A stretch of DNA of 58,319 nucleotides from Acutalibacteraceae bacterium (GCA_045604445.1 JAZUOA010000168.1:1-58319); one strand, 5' to 3'; positions 27,363 through 38,177 are shown, counted from the first letter of the stretch. Numbers and translations are program-made. The notes: generated by a model not told the origin, from the letters alone.

Positions 27363-28970
27363 TCAGCCGTTTGTTACGGAGTTGATGAGATCCATATAAG
27401 CATTAACAAATGTTGAACCTGCGGTATCGCAAATAACGTTAATCTCCTCATTCTCAGTAAACATTGAATGGTATTCATTATCTCTGAGCACATAGCCTGC
27501 CTGATCATTACAGAGACCGTAAACCATTACATATTCGCAAGGTGTAAGGTCTTTTACATCAGGATACTCCCATTCGCCACCGTACCAAGCTGCGTTGCCT
27601 GATTCGGGACCGCCATAGAAAAGGATGGGGTCAAATTCACCGGGAGCAAGGAAGATAGCAACCTTATTACCCAGCTCCATATAACCGATTTCTGTTATCA
27701 TCTGATAATCGTCATCAGTTTTAACAATAACGGGGTTAAGAACATCCTCGCGAGCTGCAAGAGTAAGAATTTCGTTTGTAACATCAAGGCGAACTTCCTG
27801 CATTTTTATATTGAGAACAGGATCAAGCTCAACATCGTTTTCGCCAATTGCGATAACCTCGTCAGCGAGAGTTGCGCCATAGATTTTCATTCTTTCGATG
27901 CCGTCAATATCATCGGGAAGCTCAAGAGGATCGCAATCAGTAGTTATAGCAAGCTCAGGACCCTGAACATAAACTACATTAGCAGGAACTTCTTCGCGGA
28001 TTCTCTTTTCAATGTAGTAGGGGAAATCAGCTGTAAGCTCATCAGGACCCGCACCGAGCATTGTGCAGTGGATACCTGCCTCAAGAATCCATGTTTCTCT
28101 TGTATCGTCTTTCGGATGGAAACGAAGTCTGTGGATTTCGGGGTCAATTGCCTGAGGATCGCGCTTATCGTGGATATACTGACCGATATCAGCGGCGCCA
28201 TAGTAAAGCTTGCCCTCTTTCATATTAGCAACAGCCTTTTTAATGCTGAGAACTGTTTTTGCATAGAGGTTTTCCATAAACTGCTCGTTTTTCTGAACCT
28301 TAAGCTCATCAAGAAGGCCATCTGTTGCAGCGTTACCTGTGTTGAGAATAAGAGCAGGAGCAAGAGGAACGTTCATACCGAGGGTATCAATGCAGGAATG
28401 CTGATGAAGAACAGAAACATTGATGCTGATAACATTATATTTTTCAGCAAATTCTGCTAATCTTGAACGGATTTCCTGAACATCACCTCTGGAAAGACCG
28501 AAACCGTCAATAACTGCCTGAACAACAATGCCACTTACACCATCGCTGATAGCATAAACGCGAACGCGCTGGTCATCAATAATCTTAGTTGGTACGCGAC
28601 CTGTGATAGGCTCAAGTGTACCTGCAAGGTAATAGTCGCCATCTAAAGGTTCAATACCTTCAAGAAGAGATGCACCGGCATAACCAAGAGCCCAATTTGC
28701 TTCAGGGTTAACCTCTTTATCGAAGGTAGCTTCACCTTCTAAGAAGTTTTCCGGAACATAGCCGTCATCAGTTTCCCATTTATCCTCATAACCCGGCCAG
28801 AAGCCATTGAGATATGTAAGAACAAATGAAATAAGTTTATCAATTAAAGTGTTAAAAATGTTTTCGATACTGAAGCTCGCAACGGCTGCATCTGCTGCGC
28901 CAACGGGAACTGCAACTACCGAAAAGGCAAGAATAAGTGACAGAATAACTGCCAATACCTTTTTAGACAT
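27363..28970 (-). CDS. secreted hypothetical protein (possibly a neutral/alkaline ceramidase-like hydrolase fold; tentative)
   Basis: Clear signal peptide MSKKVLAVILSLILAFSVVAVPVGAADA. The family call rests only on loose resemblance of the N-terminal region. Confidence 0.4.
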   Translation of the reverse strand: MSKKVLAVILSLILAFSVVAVPVGAADAAVASFSIENIFNTLIDKLISFVLTYLNGFWPGYEDKWETDDGYVPENFLEGEATFDKEVNPEANWALGYAGASLLEGIEPLDGDYYLAGTLEPITGRVPTKIIDDQRVRVYAISDGVSGIVVQAVIDGFGLSRGDVQEIRSRLAEFAEKYNVISINVSVLHQHSCIDTLGMNVPLAPALILNTGNAATDGLLDELKVQKNEQFMENLYAKTVLSIKKAVANMKEGKLYYGAADIGQYIHDKRDPQAIDPEIHRLRFHPKDDTRETWILEAGIHCTMLGAGPDELTADFPYYIEKRIREEVPANVVYVQGPELAITTDCDPLELPDDIDGIERMKIYGATLADEVIAIGENDVELDPVLNIKMQEVRLDVTNEILTLAAREDVLNPVIVKTDDDYQMITEIGYMELGNKVAIFLAPGEFDPILFYGGPESGNAAWYGGEWEYPDVKDLTPCEYVMVYGLCNDQAGYVLRDNEYHSMFTENEEINVICDTAGSTFVNAYMDLINSVTNG

Positions 28971-29036
28971 AGGTACTCCTCCTTTTAATTATACAAATTG
29001 ATTATATAACTTTTTTTACCAATAATCAACAACTAA

Positions 29037-29816
29037 TTATACCGTTGCAATTTCTTTGGTATTTTTAGCTAATTCTTCTTCAATAATTTTGTTGATATTG
29101 TTCTTTCCTGAGTGCCTGTACGGCTTAAATCTTAAGATTATATACATTGCAACCGCACCTATTGCATTAAGAATTGCATCACCCATTGTATCCATTATTG
29201 CAAAGCGGGCTTCAAAGCGTGCATCATCAAGAGGTATGAGCATAAATATATCATCTCTTGAACCCGCCTCTTTTATTGCAAGCTCTAAGCTCCAATGCTG
29301 AGCATCGCCGCCAAACCACTGGTCAAAAGTGAATTCGAAAAGCTCCCAACCTGCTGCAAAAATAAACGCCATACCAAAAGCAGAAAGCACCGCAATCTTA
29401 GCCGGGCAAACAGCTTTATCGCGAAGCTGAAATGCGCAAACAAGCTCATAGCTGATAAAAACAGCCTCCATACATCCGAAAAGGTGAAGAACCTTATCAT
29501 AAGCAGGAATAATATAATAAAAATTAAGAAATGCGCCACCAAAGGAGGCAAGGAAGAACCCTAAAATAGTTATGTTTTGAAAATATGCAGGAAGATGCCT
29601 GGGAAAGCTGCCCTTCGGGAATAATTGGCAAATTTCAAACGCAAACATACCTACAAGGTTTGCCGCCATTTGCATCGGCTGATACATTCCCAATTCATCT
29701 GCTTCAATCAAGCGAAAAATTATACCGCCTATCATCAGCAAACGCAATGCCCACCAATAAACGAGCTCCCATTTTTTGCACTGCCCTAAAACTCTTTTGA
29801 AATAATCTTTTACCAT
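29037..29816 (-). CDS. hypothetical integral membrane protein
   Basis: About 6 hydrophobic segments. GGAG lies 9 nt upstream of the ATG at 29816 (the track TTG is at 29831). No family recognised. Confidence 0.45.
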   Translation of the reverse strand: MVKDYFKRVLGQCKKWELVYWWALRLLMIGGIIFRLIEADELGMYQPMQMAANLVGMFAFEICQLFPKGSFPRHLPAYFQNITILGFFLASFGGAFLNFYYIIPAYDKVLHLFGCMEAVFISYELVCAFQLRDKAVCPAKIAVLSAFGMAFIFAAGWELFEFTFDQWFGGDAQHWSLELAIKEAGSRDDIFMLIPLDDARFEARFAIMDTMGDAILNAIGAVAMYIILRFKPYRHSGKNNINKIIEEELAKNTKEIATV

Positions 29817-29976
29817 AAATTTCTTCTCCAAAGCTTATTTAAACCAATACCCCTATCGGTTTTATAAAGCATACCAAAAATATGTGTATTTATTTTTCTT
29901 TAATAGAATTAAAAGCTTAAGAATGCCTTAAAATTTCAAAACTTTAATTTATTAGAACCAATTTTGCTGAATTTTA

Positions 29977-30005
29977 TTGAAAAATTCATAGTTTGATTGT
30001 ATAAT
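29977..30005 (+). promoter_or_regulatory. sigma-70-type promoter for the dCMP deaminase-fba operon
   Basis: TTGAAA (29977-29982), 17 nt, TATAAT (30000-30005). Confidence 0.55.
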
Positions 30006-30045
30006 GTAATTTGGATGTGAATGTAGGATATAAGGAGGATAAATC

Positions 30046-30546
30046 ATGGCTAAACGCGAAGGATATATTTCGTGGGATGAATTTTTTATGGGTGCTGCCG
30101 TGCTTTGCGCGGAGCGCAGTAAAGACCCCAACACCCAAGTTGGCGCTTGCATCGTTAATAACGAAAACCGTATTCTTTCAGTTGGCTACAACGGTTTCCC
30201 TGCAGGGTGTGACGATGATGTTTTTCCTTGGGAGCGCTCAGGCGATGACCCTTATGACACAAAATATCTTTATGTTTGCCATGCGGAGCTTAATGCAATC
30301 CTCAATTGCCGCGGTCAAAGCTTAGAAAACAGCCGCATTTATGTTGCTCTTTTCCCCTGCAACGAATGCGCAAAGGCAATTATTCAAAGCGGAATTAAAG
30401 AGGTTGTTTATCTTTCCGATAAATATAAAGATACATCTGCTACAAGAGCTTCAAAAAGAATGTTTGATGCCGCAGGCGTTAAATATACAAAGCTTGTTCC
30501 CGCAAGAAAAGAGCTTGTTCTTGATTTAAGGGAAGAAAATATTTAA
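30046..30546 (+). CDS. comEB: deoxycytidylate (dCMP) deaminase
   Basis: WDEFFMGAAVLCAERSKDPNTQVGACIV, zinc motifs HAELNAI and PCNECAK. Confidence 0.85.
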   Translation: MAKREGYISWDEFFMGAAVLCAERSKDPNTQVGACIVNNENRILSVGYNGFPAGCDDDVFPWERSGDDPYDTKYLYVCHAELNAILNCRGQSLENSRIYVALFPCNECAKAIIQSGIKEVVYLSDKYKDTSATRASKRMFDAAGVKYTKLVPARKELVLDLREENI

Positions 30547-30581
30547 GTTTATAAAAAAATTTATATATAGGAGTGTTTAAA

Positions 30582-31448
30582 ATGCCTTTAGTTAACGCAA
30601 AAGACATGCTCACAAAAGCAAAAGCCGGTCACTATGCAGTTGGCCAATTCAACATCAACAACCTTGAATGGACCAAATCCATTCTCCTTACCGCTCAGGA
30701 GATGAACTCTCCCGTTATTCTCGGTGTTTCTGAGGGTGCAGGTAAGTATATGTGCGGCTATACAACAGTTGCAAATATGGTTAAAGCAATGATTAACGAG
30801 CTCGGCATCACAGTTCCCGTTGCTCTTCACCTTGACCACGGTTCATACGAAGGTGCAAAGGCTTGTATCGAAGCAGGCTTCTCTTCAATTATGTTTGATG
30901 GTTCTCATTACCCCATCGATGAAAACATTGCAAAAACAAAAGAACTCGTTGCTATCTGCGAAGAAAAAGGTCTCTCTATTGAAGCAGAGGTTGGTTCAAT
31001 CGGTGGCGAAGAGGATGGCGTTGTTGGTGCAGGCGAATGCGCTGACCCCGATGAATGCAAAATGATTGCTGACCTCGGCGTTACAATGCTTGCAGCCGGT
31101 ATCGGTAACATCCACGGTAAATATCCCGAAAACTGGGCAGGTCTTTCTTTCGAAACTCTTGCAGCAGTTCAGGAAAAAACAGGCACAATGCCTCTTGTTC
31201 TTCACGGCGGCACAGGTATCCCTGCAGATATGATTAAAAAGGCTATTGAACTCGGTGTTTCAAAAATCAACGTTAACACAGAGTGCCAGCTTGCATTCCA
31301 GGATGCAACCAGAAAATACATCGAAGCAGGCAAAGACCTTCAGGGTAAGGGCTTTGACCCCAGAAAGCTTCTTGCTCCCGGTTGCGAAGCAATTAAAGAA
31401 ACCGTGCGCGAAAAAATCGAGCTTTTCGGCTCAAAGGATAAGGCTTAA
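30582..31448 (+). CDS. fba: class II fructose-1,6-bisphosphate aldolase
   Basis: MPLVNAKDML..AVGQFNINNLEW, LHLDHG, IGNIHG and LVLHGGTG motifs. ATG at 30582 after AGGAG. Confidence 0.9.
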   Translation: MPLVNAKDMLTKAKAGHYAVGQFNINNLEWTKSILLTAQEMNSPVILGVSEGAGKYMCGYTTVANMVKAMINELGITVPVALHLDHGSYEGAKACIEAGFSSIMFDGSHYPIDENIAKTKELVAICEEKGLSIEAEVGSIGGEEDGVVGAGECADPDECKMIADLGVTMLAAGIGNIHGKYPENWAGLSFETLAAVQEKTGTMPLVLHGGTGIPADMIKKAIELGVSKINVNTECQLAFQDATRKYIEAGKDLQGKGFDPRKLLAPGCEAIKETVREKIELFGSKDKA

Positions 31449-31455
31449 TTAGCTT

Positions 31456-32082
31456 ATGAATGAAAAAACAAGGAAAATTTTAAACAGGATTTTTGCAGTT
31501 ATTGCAATTGCTTCTGCAATTTGCACCGTGCTTCTTACTCCGCCGGTTAAAAAATTTCTTTCCGGCAAAAAAGAACCGCCGGCAATTATTGAAACCACCG
31601 AGGAATCAAGCCAAATTGCAACTGAAGCTACAACAAAAGCTGAGGAAGCTCAAACCGAACTGCAAAACATACCGTCTCACACAACGGCAGAAATGAATCC
31701 CTATAAGAACTACACCCTTTTTGTTGATGTAAGGCATTTTGATTACACCGATGAAAAAGGCGTTATGAGAATCGTTGCGAAAGAGAATAAAAATGTTACT
31801 ATGGTAATTACTCCCCATAGAGATACATCTTATTCGGAGCTTTGCGAAGAAACACTTAATTTTTACAGTGAGCTTGACAGTTCTTATAGATTAAGCATCA
31901 CCGCAGATAACAGCGTTTATCGTTCTCAGAGCGGTGATATGGAGGATGATGTTATTACAACTGTTTACTGCGTTGACGACGGCAACGGTGGCTCCATTGA
32001 AATTGTTCAGCAAATCCCTGTTAATGCCCAAGGCTATGAAGAAAGCTTTGAAATTTTCCTTTCAATGTTCAAAATTTTATAA
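31456..32082 (+). CDS. hypothetical membrane-anchored protein
   Basis: Single N-terminal TM segment (IFAVIAIASAICTVLLT). The rest is hydrophilic. Confidence 0.4.
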   Translation: MNEKTRKILNRIFAVIAIASAICTVLLTPPVKKFLSGKKEPPAIIETTEESSQIATEATTKAEEAQTELQNIPSHTTAEMNPYKNYTLFVDVRHFDYTDEKGVMRIVAKENKNVTMVITPHRDTSYSELCEETLNFYSELDSSYRLSITADNSVYRSQSGDMEDDVITTVYCVDDGNGGSIEIVQQIPVNAQGYEESFEIFLSMFKIL

Positions 32083-32085
32083 GTT

Positions 32086-32126
32086 AAAACCCCGTTTGGC
32101 TTATGAAAGCCAAACGGGGAATTTTT
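32086..32126. terminator. bidirectional terminator
   Basis: CCCCGTTTGGC / GCCAAACGGGG 11-bp stem flanked by AAAA and TTTTT. Confidence 0.75.
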
Positions 32127-32129
32127 CTG

Positions 32130-33050
32130 TTATCTTATTATTTTCTCTCCGTCAAATACTATCACGCCAAATCCGTGACCTGTTTTGCCACCGCTTAAAA
32201 CTCTCTGCTTAAACGCTTTACGCATAGAAGTATTTTCAGGCCAATTTTTTGGTGATTTATAACCATATTTACCGAAAACGCGCCAGGCATCATCAAATTT
32301 ATCCTTTTCTTCGCTTTCGATAATTTCAAAATCGCTCATAAATTTAAGAATATTTGATTTTTCCGGAAGGAATTCACGATGACCCTCGTAAAGAAGCCAG
32401 GAACCGCAAACAAAAATCATAAGGCCATCCTCACGGCGATAATCCTCAAAAAACTCATACGCTTTTTTAAAGGAATCAAGGCGAACCTCATCAGTAAGGG
32501 GCACACCCGAGGAGGGAATATGGAAGCCTAAAACCTTTTCACCTTTTTTGATTGTTATGCCTGCAGAGGTTGTGTAATCCTCTTTGCCGAAGGTGGACAT
32601 ATCATATTGATATCTGCCCAAGCAGAAACGGCGAAGATTATAAAACTCTGTATTCCAACCCGCAACAAAGGTACCGTAAACCTCCTTGCAATCTACGCAT
32701 TCATCAAATTTATAGCGCAAATCCATAATTGTATTCCAGAAAAGCTCATCGGAAAGACCTCTCTCCTTATACTTTTGATGCATAACCTCAGCCATACGGA
32801 CAAGCAGAACAAAATCAAGGGTGTATTCCTTCACTCCATACATAATTGAAAGCAATTTCGCCTTATCAAAAAGCTTACCGAAATCATGAGCTTCAGGATA
32901 TAAGTATTCATTTATAAGCGCCTCAAATTTCTTGTTGAAGCTTTTTGTTTTTTCTACCTTTCCAGCGCATTTTTCAACTGCGGCAACGCCTTCGGGACAT
33001 ATTCCCAGCTTATTTAAGGTTTCTTTAAAATGTTCGTTGATAATTACCAT
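32130..33050 (-). CDS. hypothetical protein (possibly an acyltransferase-domain protein; tentative)
   Basis: 306-aa soluble ORF with a GAGGAAG RBS. The family assignment comes from memory of similar Clostridia proteins and is not motif-verified. Confidence 0.4.
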   Translation of the reverse strand: MVIINEHFKETLNKLGICPEGVAAVEKCAGKVEKTKSFNKKFEALINEYLYPEAHDFGKLFDKAKLLSIMYGVKEYTLDFVLLVRMAEVMHQKYKERGLSDELFWNTIMDLRYKFDECVDCKEVYGTFVAGWNTEFYNLRRFCLGRYQYDMSTFGKEDYTTSAGITIKKGEKVLGFHIPSSGVPLTDEVRLDSFKKAYEFFEDYRREDGLMIFVCGSWLLYEGHREFLPEKSNILKFMSDFEIIESEEKDKFDDAWRVFGKYGYKSPKNWPENTSMRKAFKQRVLSGGKTGHGFGVIVFDGEKIIR

Positions 33051-33062
33051 ATTAACACTTCC

Positions 33063-34421
33063 TCAGTTCTTTAAACTATTAAGCGGAGCAGGAATTCTGC
33101 CGCCTCTGTTTATAAAATCCGCACTGCTTTCGCTATGAACCGGCATAACGGGAGCTGTACCTAAAAGACCACCCATCTCAATGGAATCCCCAACCTTTTT
33201 TCCGGGCGCAGGGATAATTCTTACTGCGGTTGTTTTATTGTTTATCATACCTATTGCGGCTTCATCGGCAATAATCGCAGAAATTGTTTCGGCAGAGGTA
33301 TCACCGGGAACTGCAATCATATCAAGGCCAACGGAGCAAACGCAAGTCATAGCCTCCAGCTTATCAAGGGTTAAAACTCCTTGCTCTGCGGCGGCAATCA
33401 TTCCCTCATCCTCAGAAACGGGAATAAATGCGCCCGAAAGGCCACCAACGCTTGATGACGCCATAACGCCGCCCTTTTTTACCGCATCGTTAAGCATTGC
33501 AAGCGCTGCAGTTGTGCCGTGAGTTCCGCAAACGCCAACGCCTATTTCTTCAAGAATTCTTGCAACAGAGTCACCGATTGCGGGAGTGGGAGCAAGGCTA
33601 AGGTCAACAATACCGAACTCTGCGCCCAAGCGCTTTGAGGCCTCGCAAGCAATTAGCTGACCCATTCTTGTTATTTTAAAGGCTGTTTTTTTAATTGTTT
33701 CTGCCACAACATCAAAGGGCTCGCCTTTAACGCCTTTAAGGGCATTGTAAACAACGCCGGGGCCCGAAACACCTACGTTTATTGCACATTCCGGCTCACC
33801 TACACCATGGAAGGCTCCTGCCATAAAGGGATTATCTTCAACTGCATTGCAGAAAACAACAAGCTTTGCGCAACCGAAGCCATCCCGATCCTTTGTTCTT
33901 TCAGCCGCCTGCTTTATGGTTTCGCCCATAAGCTTAACCGCATCCATATTTATACCGGCTCTTGTTGAGCCAACATTTACCGAGGAGCAAACATAATCAG
34001 TTACTGCAAGCGCTTCAGGAATTGATTTAATCAGGCGCCTGTCTCCAATGGTAAACCCTTTTTGTACAAGGGCGGAAAAGCCACCGATAAAATTCACTCC
34101 GCATTCTTTTGCAGCCTTATCAAGCGTTTGAGCAAAAATTGTGTAATCCTCTGTTTCGCAGCTTTCTGCCGCTATAGCAATAGGCGTAACAGAAATTCTT
34201 TTATTTATAATCGGGATACCCATTTCCCGTTCAATATCCTCACCCGTTTTAACAAGGTTTTCGGCATATTTCGTTATTTTATCATACATCTTTTGAGCGC
34301 AAATTACAGGGTCAGGATGAGCACAAGAGCGCAAAGAGATACCCATTGTAATTGTGCGTATATCAAGATGCTGTTCATCTATCATATTAAGGGTTTCAAA
34401 TATTTCGTGCTGATTAAGCAT
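33063..34421 (-). CDS. UPF0210 (DUF711, PFL-like) family protein
   Basis: N-terminal [27 protein letters not shown] and an overall ~450-aa Gly/Ala-rich pattern typical of UPF0210. Confidence 0.8.
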   Translation of the reverse strand: MLNQHEIFETLNMIDEQHLDIRTITMGISLRSCAHPDPVICAQKMYDKITKYAENLVKTGEDIEREMGIPIINKRISVTPIAIAAESCETEDYTIFAQTLDKAAKECGVNFIGGFSALVQKGFTIGDRRLIKSIPEALAVTDYVCSSVNVGSTRAGINMDAVKLMGETIKQAAERTKDRDGFGCAKLVVFCNAVEDNPFMAGAFHGVGEPECAINVGVSGPGVVYNALKGVKGEPFDVVAETIKKTAFKITRMGQLIACEASKRLGAEFGIVDLSLAPTPAIGDSVARILEEIGVGVCGTHGTTAALAMLNDAVKKGGVMASSSVGGLSGAFIPVSEDEGMIAAAEQGVLTLDKLEAMTCVCSVGLDMIAVPGDTSAETISAIIADEAAIGMINNKTTAVRIIPAPGKKVGDSIEMGGLLGTAPVMPVHSESSADFINRGGRIPAPLNSLKN

Positions 34422-34429
34422 AATCCACC

Positions 34430-34699
34430 TCAGATTCTGTGCATTGCGTTAAAAATATCTTCTCTTTGAATGCGGATGCTTACCCCCAGGCGCTCGCCCT
34501 CTGCATCAAGAGCTTCAACAATTTCGGGGTAGCTTACATTTGCTTTTTCGACATCAACCAGCATATTCATTGTAAACATATTTTGCATAACAGTTTGGCT
34601 GATATCAAGAATATTTACGTTGATTTTCTGAAGGGCAACGCAAACACCTGCCATAATGCCCACCTTGTCCTTACCTACCACAGTTATAATAGCATTCAT
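34430..34699 (-). CDS. ACT domain protein (UPF0237 family)
   Basis: [19 protein letters not shown]...FTMNMLVD. Conserved partner gene located immediately upstream of UPF0210 genes. Confidence 0.8.
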   Translation of the reverse strand: MNAIITVVGKDKVGIMAGVCVALQKINVNILDISQTVMQNMFTMNMLVDVEKANVSYPEIVEALDAEGERLGVSIRIQREDIFNAMHRI

Positions 34700-34771
34700 A
34701 GATTTACCTCTTTTTAACAATATTTAGTTCATTTTAGCATATAAAAACCGATAATACAATACAAAACAAGC

Positions 34772-34814
34772 AAAAAATGGTGCTGCAAAAACTTGCGTTT
34801 TCACAGCACCATTT
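34772..34814 (-). terminator. rho-independent terminator after the secreted PHP protein gene
   Basis: Long stem AAATGGTGCTG..CAGCACCATTT with an inner AAAAC/GTTTT extension. TTTTTT on the minus strand. Confidence 0.7.
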
Positions 34815-34825
34815 AATATATTCAA

Positions 34826-36319
34826 TCAGTTCATAGCGTCCCAGATAAAACCGAAAATATCTAATGAACCAAGGAATCTTACAAGTGTATCAGGAATAAA
34901 TGCGATAAATTTCCAGAAATCCTTGAAATCTGCATCAACATTACCTTCAAGCTCGCCATCATGCTCAAGAAGGAATGCCTGAGTATAAACAATACCGCCT
35001 TCGCCGAAAATTTCAGCGCGGATATAGCTGCCCATTTCGCCGCTGTAATCATCAAGGTCAATTGTGTTACCGTAAGCAACAGTTCTGCCGTTTGTAATCC
35101 AACGGATGCAAAGAGCATCATCGGCATCAAGAGTTATTGTGTCTGCATCGTCATCAACTGCAACCGCGTTGATATAAGGAGCGTCAACATCAAAAGGTGC
35201 TTCGTATTTTGCGTTGTAATCCTCTGATTGCCTGTCGAGAATATCCTGACCGATTGCAGCAGCTGCCGAATCGCCGTTTTCGATAAGATAATTTGCATAA
35301 AGCTCCAGCTCCTCGTGGTTACCGAGGCATTTGCTTGCCGCAAAGAATTCACCTTTGCTCATAGCATTTTTAAGATTATCAACTGTGTTTTCAGGCATAA
35401 TCATCATTGTGTAGCCTGTGTATGCGGCGCTTACTCTATGGGCATCGCTTGTTGCAATACCAAGAACATTTCTGCCCTCGGGAGCAAGATTCATAAGAAG
35501 AATATCCCAGAGCTTTCTGTCGAAACGGGTTCTTGAGTCGCCCTTAGAGTTCATATCAATACCTATGCAAGAGGGGTATTTTGAAAGAATGCTTGTAAAT
35601 TTATCAATGTAGTATTTATACATTGTGTCGCTGTAATCATATGCATCCTCTGTGCATTCCTCATCACGGGCATTTGTATACTCACCGGGGTGGTTGATAA
35701 CGGAAAGACCGCCAAGCTCATCAACGGCTTTGATAGGAGTTTCATATTCACTCGTGCCGCCTAAAAGACCGTGGCCATAATCAACGAACCATGTGTTAAC
35801 GTGGGCATTATTAAGTGATGTGGGGTTCTGCTCGTTTGCAAAAGGAACTCTCATCATTTTTTGGCCAACAGAACCATCCTCATACGTCTGATAGTAATAA
35901 TCTCCACCGTTTTCTGTAACAACATCATATCGGTCGCCATCAAAGGTAAGTCCGCCGTTAGGGTCAAGGGAAACAAGCTCTGTGCCCGGTTTTCTCATTT
36001 CAAGGAAAACCTTTAAGGCGGGAATAACCTGTTGCTCTGTCCAGCTGTAGCTTGTCATACCATGGTCGGAAACTGCATAAATATCGAAACCATATTTGTA
36101 GTTGATTTCAAGCATTTCTTTAAGTGTGTTGTCGCCGTCTGATGCAGTTGTATGGGAATGAAGGTCTGCCTTATACTGCTCCCATGACCAATTAACATCT
36201 GCATAAGGATTTGTGATTGTATAATCCTTATCATATGCGGCATAGCAAGCGGTTGAAAGAACACCTGCAAGCATAGCAACAACGCAGATTACGGAAATAA
36301 GCTTTTTCGTTGTTTTCAT
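34826..36319 (-). CDS. secreted PHP-domain protein
   Basis: Signal peptide MKTTKKLISVICVVAMLAGVLSTACYA, then ADLHSHTTASDGDN and YAVSDH PHP motifs. Confidence 0.6.
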   Translation of the reverse strand: MKTTKKLISVICVVAMLAGVLSTACYAAYDKDYTITNPYADVNWSWEQYKADLHSHTTASDGDNTLKEMLEINYKYGFDIYAVSDHGMTSYSWTEQQVIPALKVFLEMRKPGTELVSLDPNGGLTFDGDRYDVVTENGGDYYYQTYEDGSVGQKMMRVPFANEQNPTSLNNAHVNTWFVDYGHGLLGGTSEYETPIKAVDELGGLSVINHPGEYTNARDEECTEDAYDYSDTMYKYYIDKFTSILSKYPSCIGIDMNSKGDSRTRFDRKLWDILLMNLAPEGRNVLGIATSDAHRVSAAYTGYTMMIMPENTVDNLKNAMSKGEFFAASKCLGNHEELELYANYLIENGDSAAAAIGQDILDRQSEDYNAKYEAPFDVDAPYINAVAVDDDADTITLDADDALCIRWITNGRTVAYGNTIDLDDYSGEMGSYIRAEIFGEGGIVYTQAFLLEHDGELEGNVDADFKDFWKFIAFIPDTLVRFLGSLDIFGFIWDAMN

Positions 36320-36320
36320 A

Positions 36321-37772
36321 TTACTTACCTACCTTTATAAATTCTTTTTTATTTTTCATTTTTTCAATAGCTTCATCGCGGGTAATTCTGCCGTTGTTAG
36401 CCTCTGTCATAAGCTGAACATCGTGGTCGCTCAAGCGATAAAAGAGCCAGCACAGGCAACCCAAAGCAACACCAATTGCAGGAACCATTATGAAAATGAA
36501 CCATAAGCCATCAAGCGTTTGCGGGGCTTGAGTTATGCCCATTTCTTTAAGTTGGTCAAAGTTTTCAGCGGCAGAAACATCCTTCCAGCCAATAACACCC
36601 AAAAGGAATAAATAAAGAGATGATGAAATAGCCCCTGTGAGCTTTGTCATAAATGTTTGTATTGAGAATGTAATCCCCTTTGCTTCAATTCCTGATTTGA
36701 ATTTACCGTACTCGGCGCAGTCAGGAGTGAACATAAACATCATAACACCCATGATGCTCTGAGGAATTGCGCGGATAACATAAAGAGCAACTGTAAGCCA
36801 GATATTGCTATAGCCCAAAATCCACATAACAATGCTCAAAGCAATAGTTATTATGCCGCAGAACATAAAGATTTTCATCTTATCGAACTTAGCTACCATT
36901 TTTGGCACAAGCAACGAGAAAATCAAAGCCGGAACGGCTGAAAGCGCCATTACTATCAGGCTGAATAACGAGCTGTTGAAAAGATAGAATGAAACAACCA
37001 GATTCATTAAGCCGGCTATATTTGCACCGCTATAGAAGAAAATTCCGCCGTAATAAATAAGAAGATTTTTGTTTGAAAACAAATATTTGAACATTTTTCT
37101 TACGGTAAAGGCTTCATCCGCTTCTCCTCCGCAGCGTTCAACACCATTTTTGCAGATAAAGCTCATTGTAACAAGAGCACAAAGAGCGATAATTATTGAA
37201 ACAACGCTGTAATTTAAGCCAACACCTTCGCCTGCAAGGACGGTAGCGAGTATTGTTGCCAAGCCTGAACCAACACCGCCCCATATGCTTTTGTAGGACT
37301 GAAGCGCTGTTCTTTCATCCAGGCGCTCACTCATAGCCGTAACAAGCCCGTAAATCGGCACATCACAAAGGGTATAAGCAGTATCCCAAAGCATATATGT
37401 AATTGCATACCAAGCTAATTTGAAGGCTTCGCTATCGCTCTCAGGCATTGAGAAGAGCAATACTGTTGAAACAGGTATTGCAATCAATGAAATCTTCAAC
37501 CAAGGCATAAACTTTTTACCGCTTTTAAAGCGAACCTTATCAAAAATGCAACCGAAAACAGCATCATTAACTGCATCCCATATTTTTATGAATAATGTTA
37601 TACCTGCGGCTTTTTCAACATCAACACCCTGAAAGAGAAGCGCCGTTGCCAGAACTGTTGTTACAAGAGTGTAAATCATATTCTGACCGGTGAAATAAAT
37701 ATAGTAGCTTTTTCTCTCCTTGTTGGTCGTTTGCCACAGGGGATTTTTGTTTGGTTTGCTCAACCGCATCAC
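36321..37772 (-). CDS. GPH/MFS family sugar:cation symporter
   Basis: Polytopic. KIWDAVNDAVFG resembles the GPH signature. Its stop abuts the PHP gene start. The exact start is uncertain (GTG 37772 or ATG 37769). Confidence 0.7.
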   Translation of the reverse strand: MMRLSKPNKNPLWQTTNKERKSYYIYFTGQNMIYTLVTTVLATALLFQGVDVEKAAGITLFIKIWDAVNDAVFGCIFDKVRFKSGKKFMPWLKISLIAIPVSTVLLFSMPESDSEAFKLAWYAITYMLWDTAYTLCDVPIYGLVTAMSERLDERTALQSYKSIWGGVGSGLATILATVLAGEGVGLNYSVVSIIIALCALVTMSFICKNGVERCGGEADEAFTVRKMFKYLFSNKNLLIYYGGIFFYSGANIAGLMNLVVSFYLFNSSLFSLIVMALSAVPALIFSLLVPKMVAKFDKMKIFMFCGIITIALSIVMWILGYSNIWLTVALYVIRAIPQSIMGVMMFMFTPDCAEYGKFKSGIEAKGITFSIQTFMTKLTGAISSSLYLFLLGVIGWKDVSAAENFDQLKEMGITQAPQTLDGLWFIFIMVPAIGVALGCLCWLFYRLSDHDVQLMTEANNGRITRDEAIEKMKNKKEFIKVGK

Positions 37773-37905
37773 CCCGTTTCAAAAAACCTTTAACATGCGA
37801 AAACACTTCCACACATAATTAGTTATAGTATATTGTAATACTTTGGAAAAACAATTACAAGTGGAAACTTTAATAATTTTTGCACAATATTTATGTGCAT
37901 ATAGC

Positions 37906-37933
37906 AAGAAACGGCTCAACAGAGCCGTTTCTT
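37906..37933 (-). terminator. hairpin after the oadG-like gene (no clear U-tract)
   Basis: AAGAAACGGCTC / GAGCCGTTTCTT perfect 12-bp stem with a 4-nt loop. Confidence 0.35.
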
Positions 37934-37943
37934 AATTGAATAA

Positions 37944-38156
37944 TTATTTATCGTTTTTCTTTGAAGGACGCGAGCCTGCTTTGTTAAGAATACCTACACT
38001 GAGAATGATAACACCTACAACAACAAAGATACCTACCATACCTGCAAGCGAGCAAAGAAGAGCTTCTCCCAGGTTTTCTGTTGTAAACGAAAGACCTTTA
38101 GCTGCTTCGGGAGCAACTGCTGCAAGGGTCATAAAAAATGAAAGAATTTTAAACAT
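37944..38156 (-). CDS. OadG-like small membrane subunit of a Na+-translocating decarboxylase
   Basis: 70 aa, with one C-terminal TM segment (GMVGIFVVVGVIILSVGIL). It lies directly downstream of the beta-subunit gene. Confidence 0.55.
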   Translation of the reverse strand: MFKILSFFMTLAAVAPEAAKGLSFTTENLGEALLCSLAGMVGIFVVVGVIILSVGILNKAGSRPSKKNDK

Positions 38157-38177
38157 TTTATATATCTCCTTTCCTTA

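Noticed and set aside
37881-37899. Palindrome TGCACAATATTTATGTGCA upstream of the second GPH symporter, considered as a possible operator or NrdR half-site.
   Set aside because: It is a single 6-bp stem in AT-rich DNA and could arise by chance. There is no partner site and no adjacent regulator gene.
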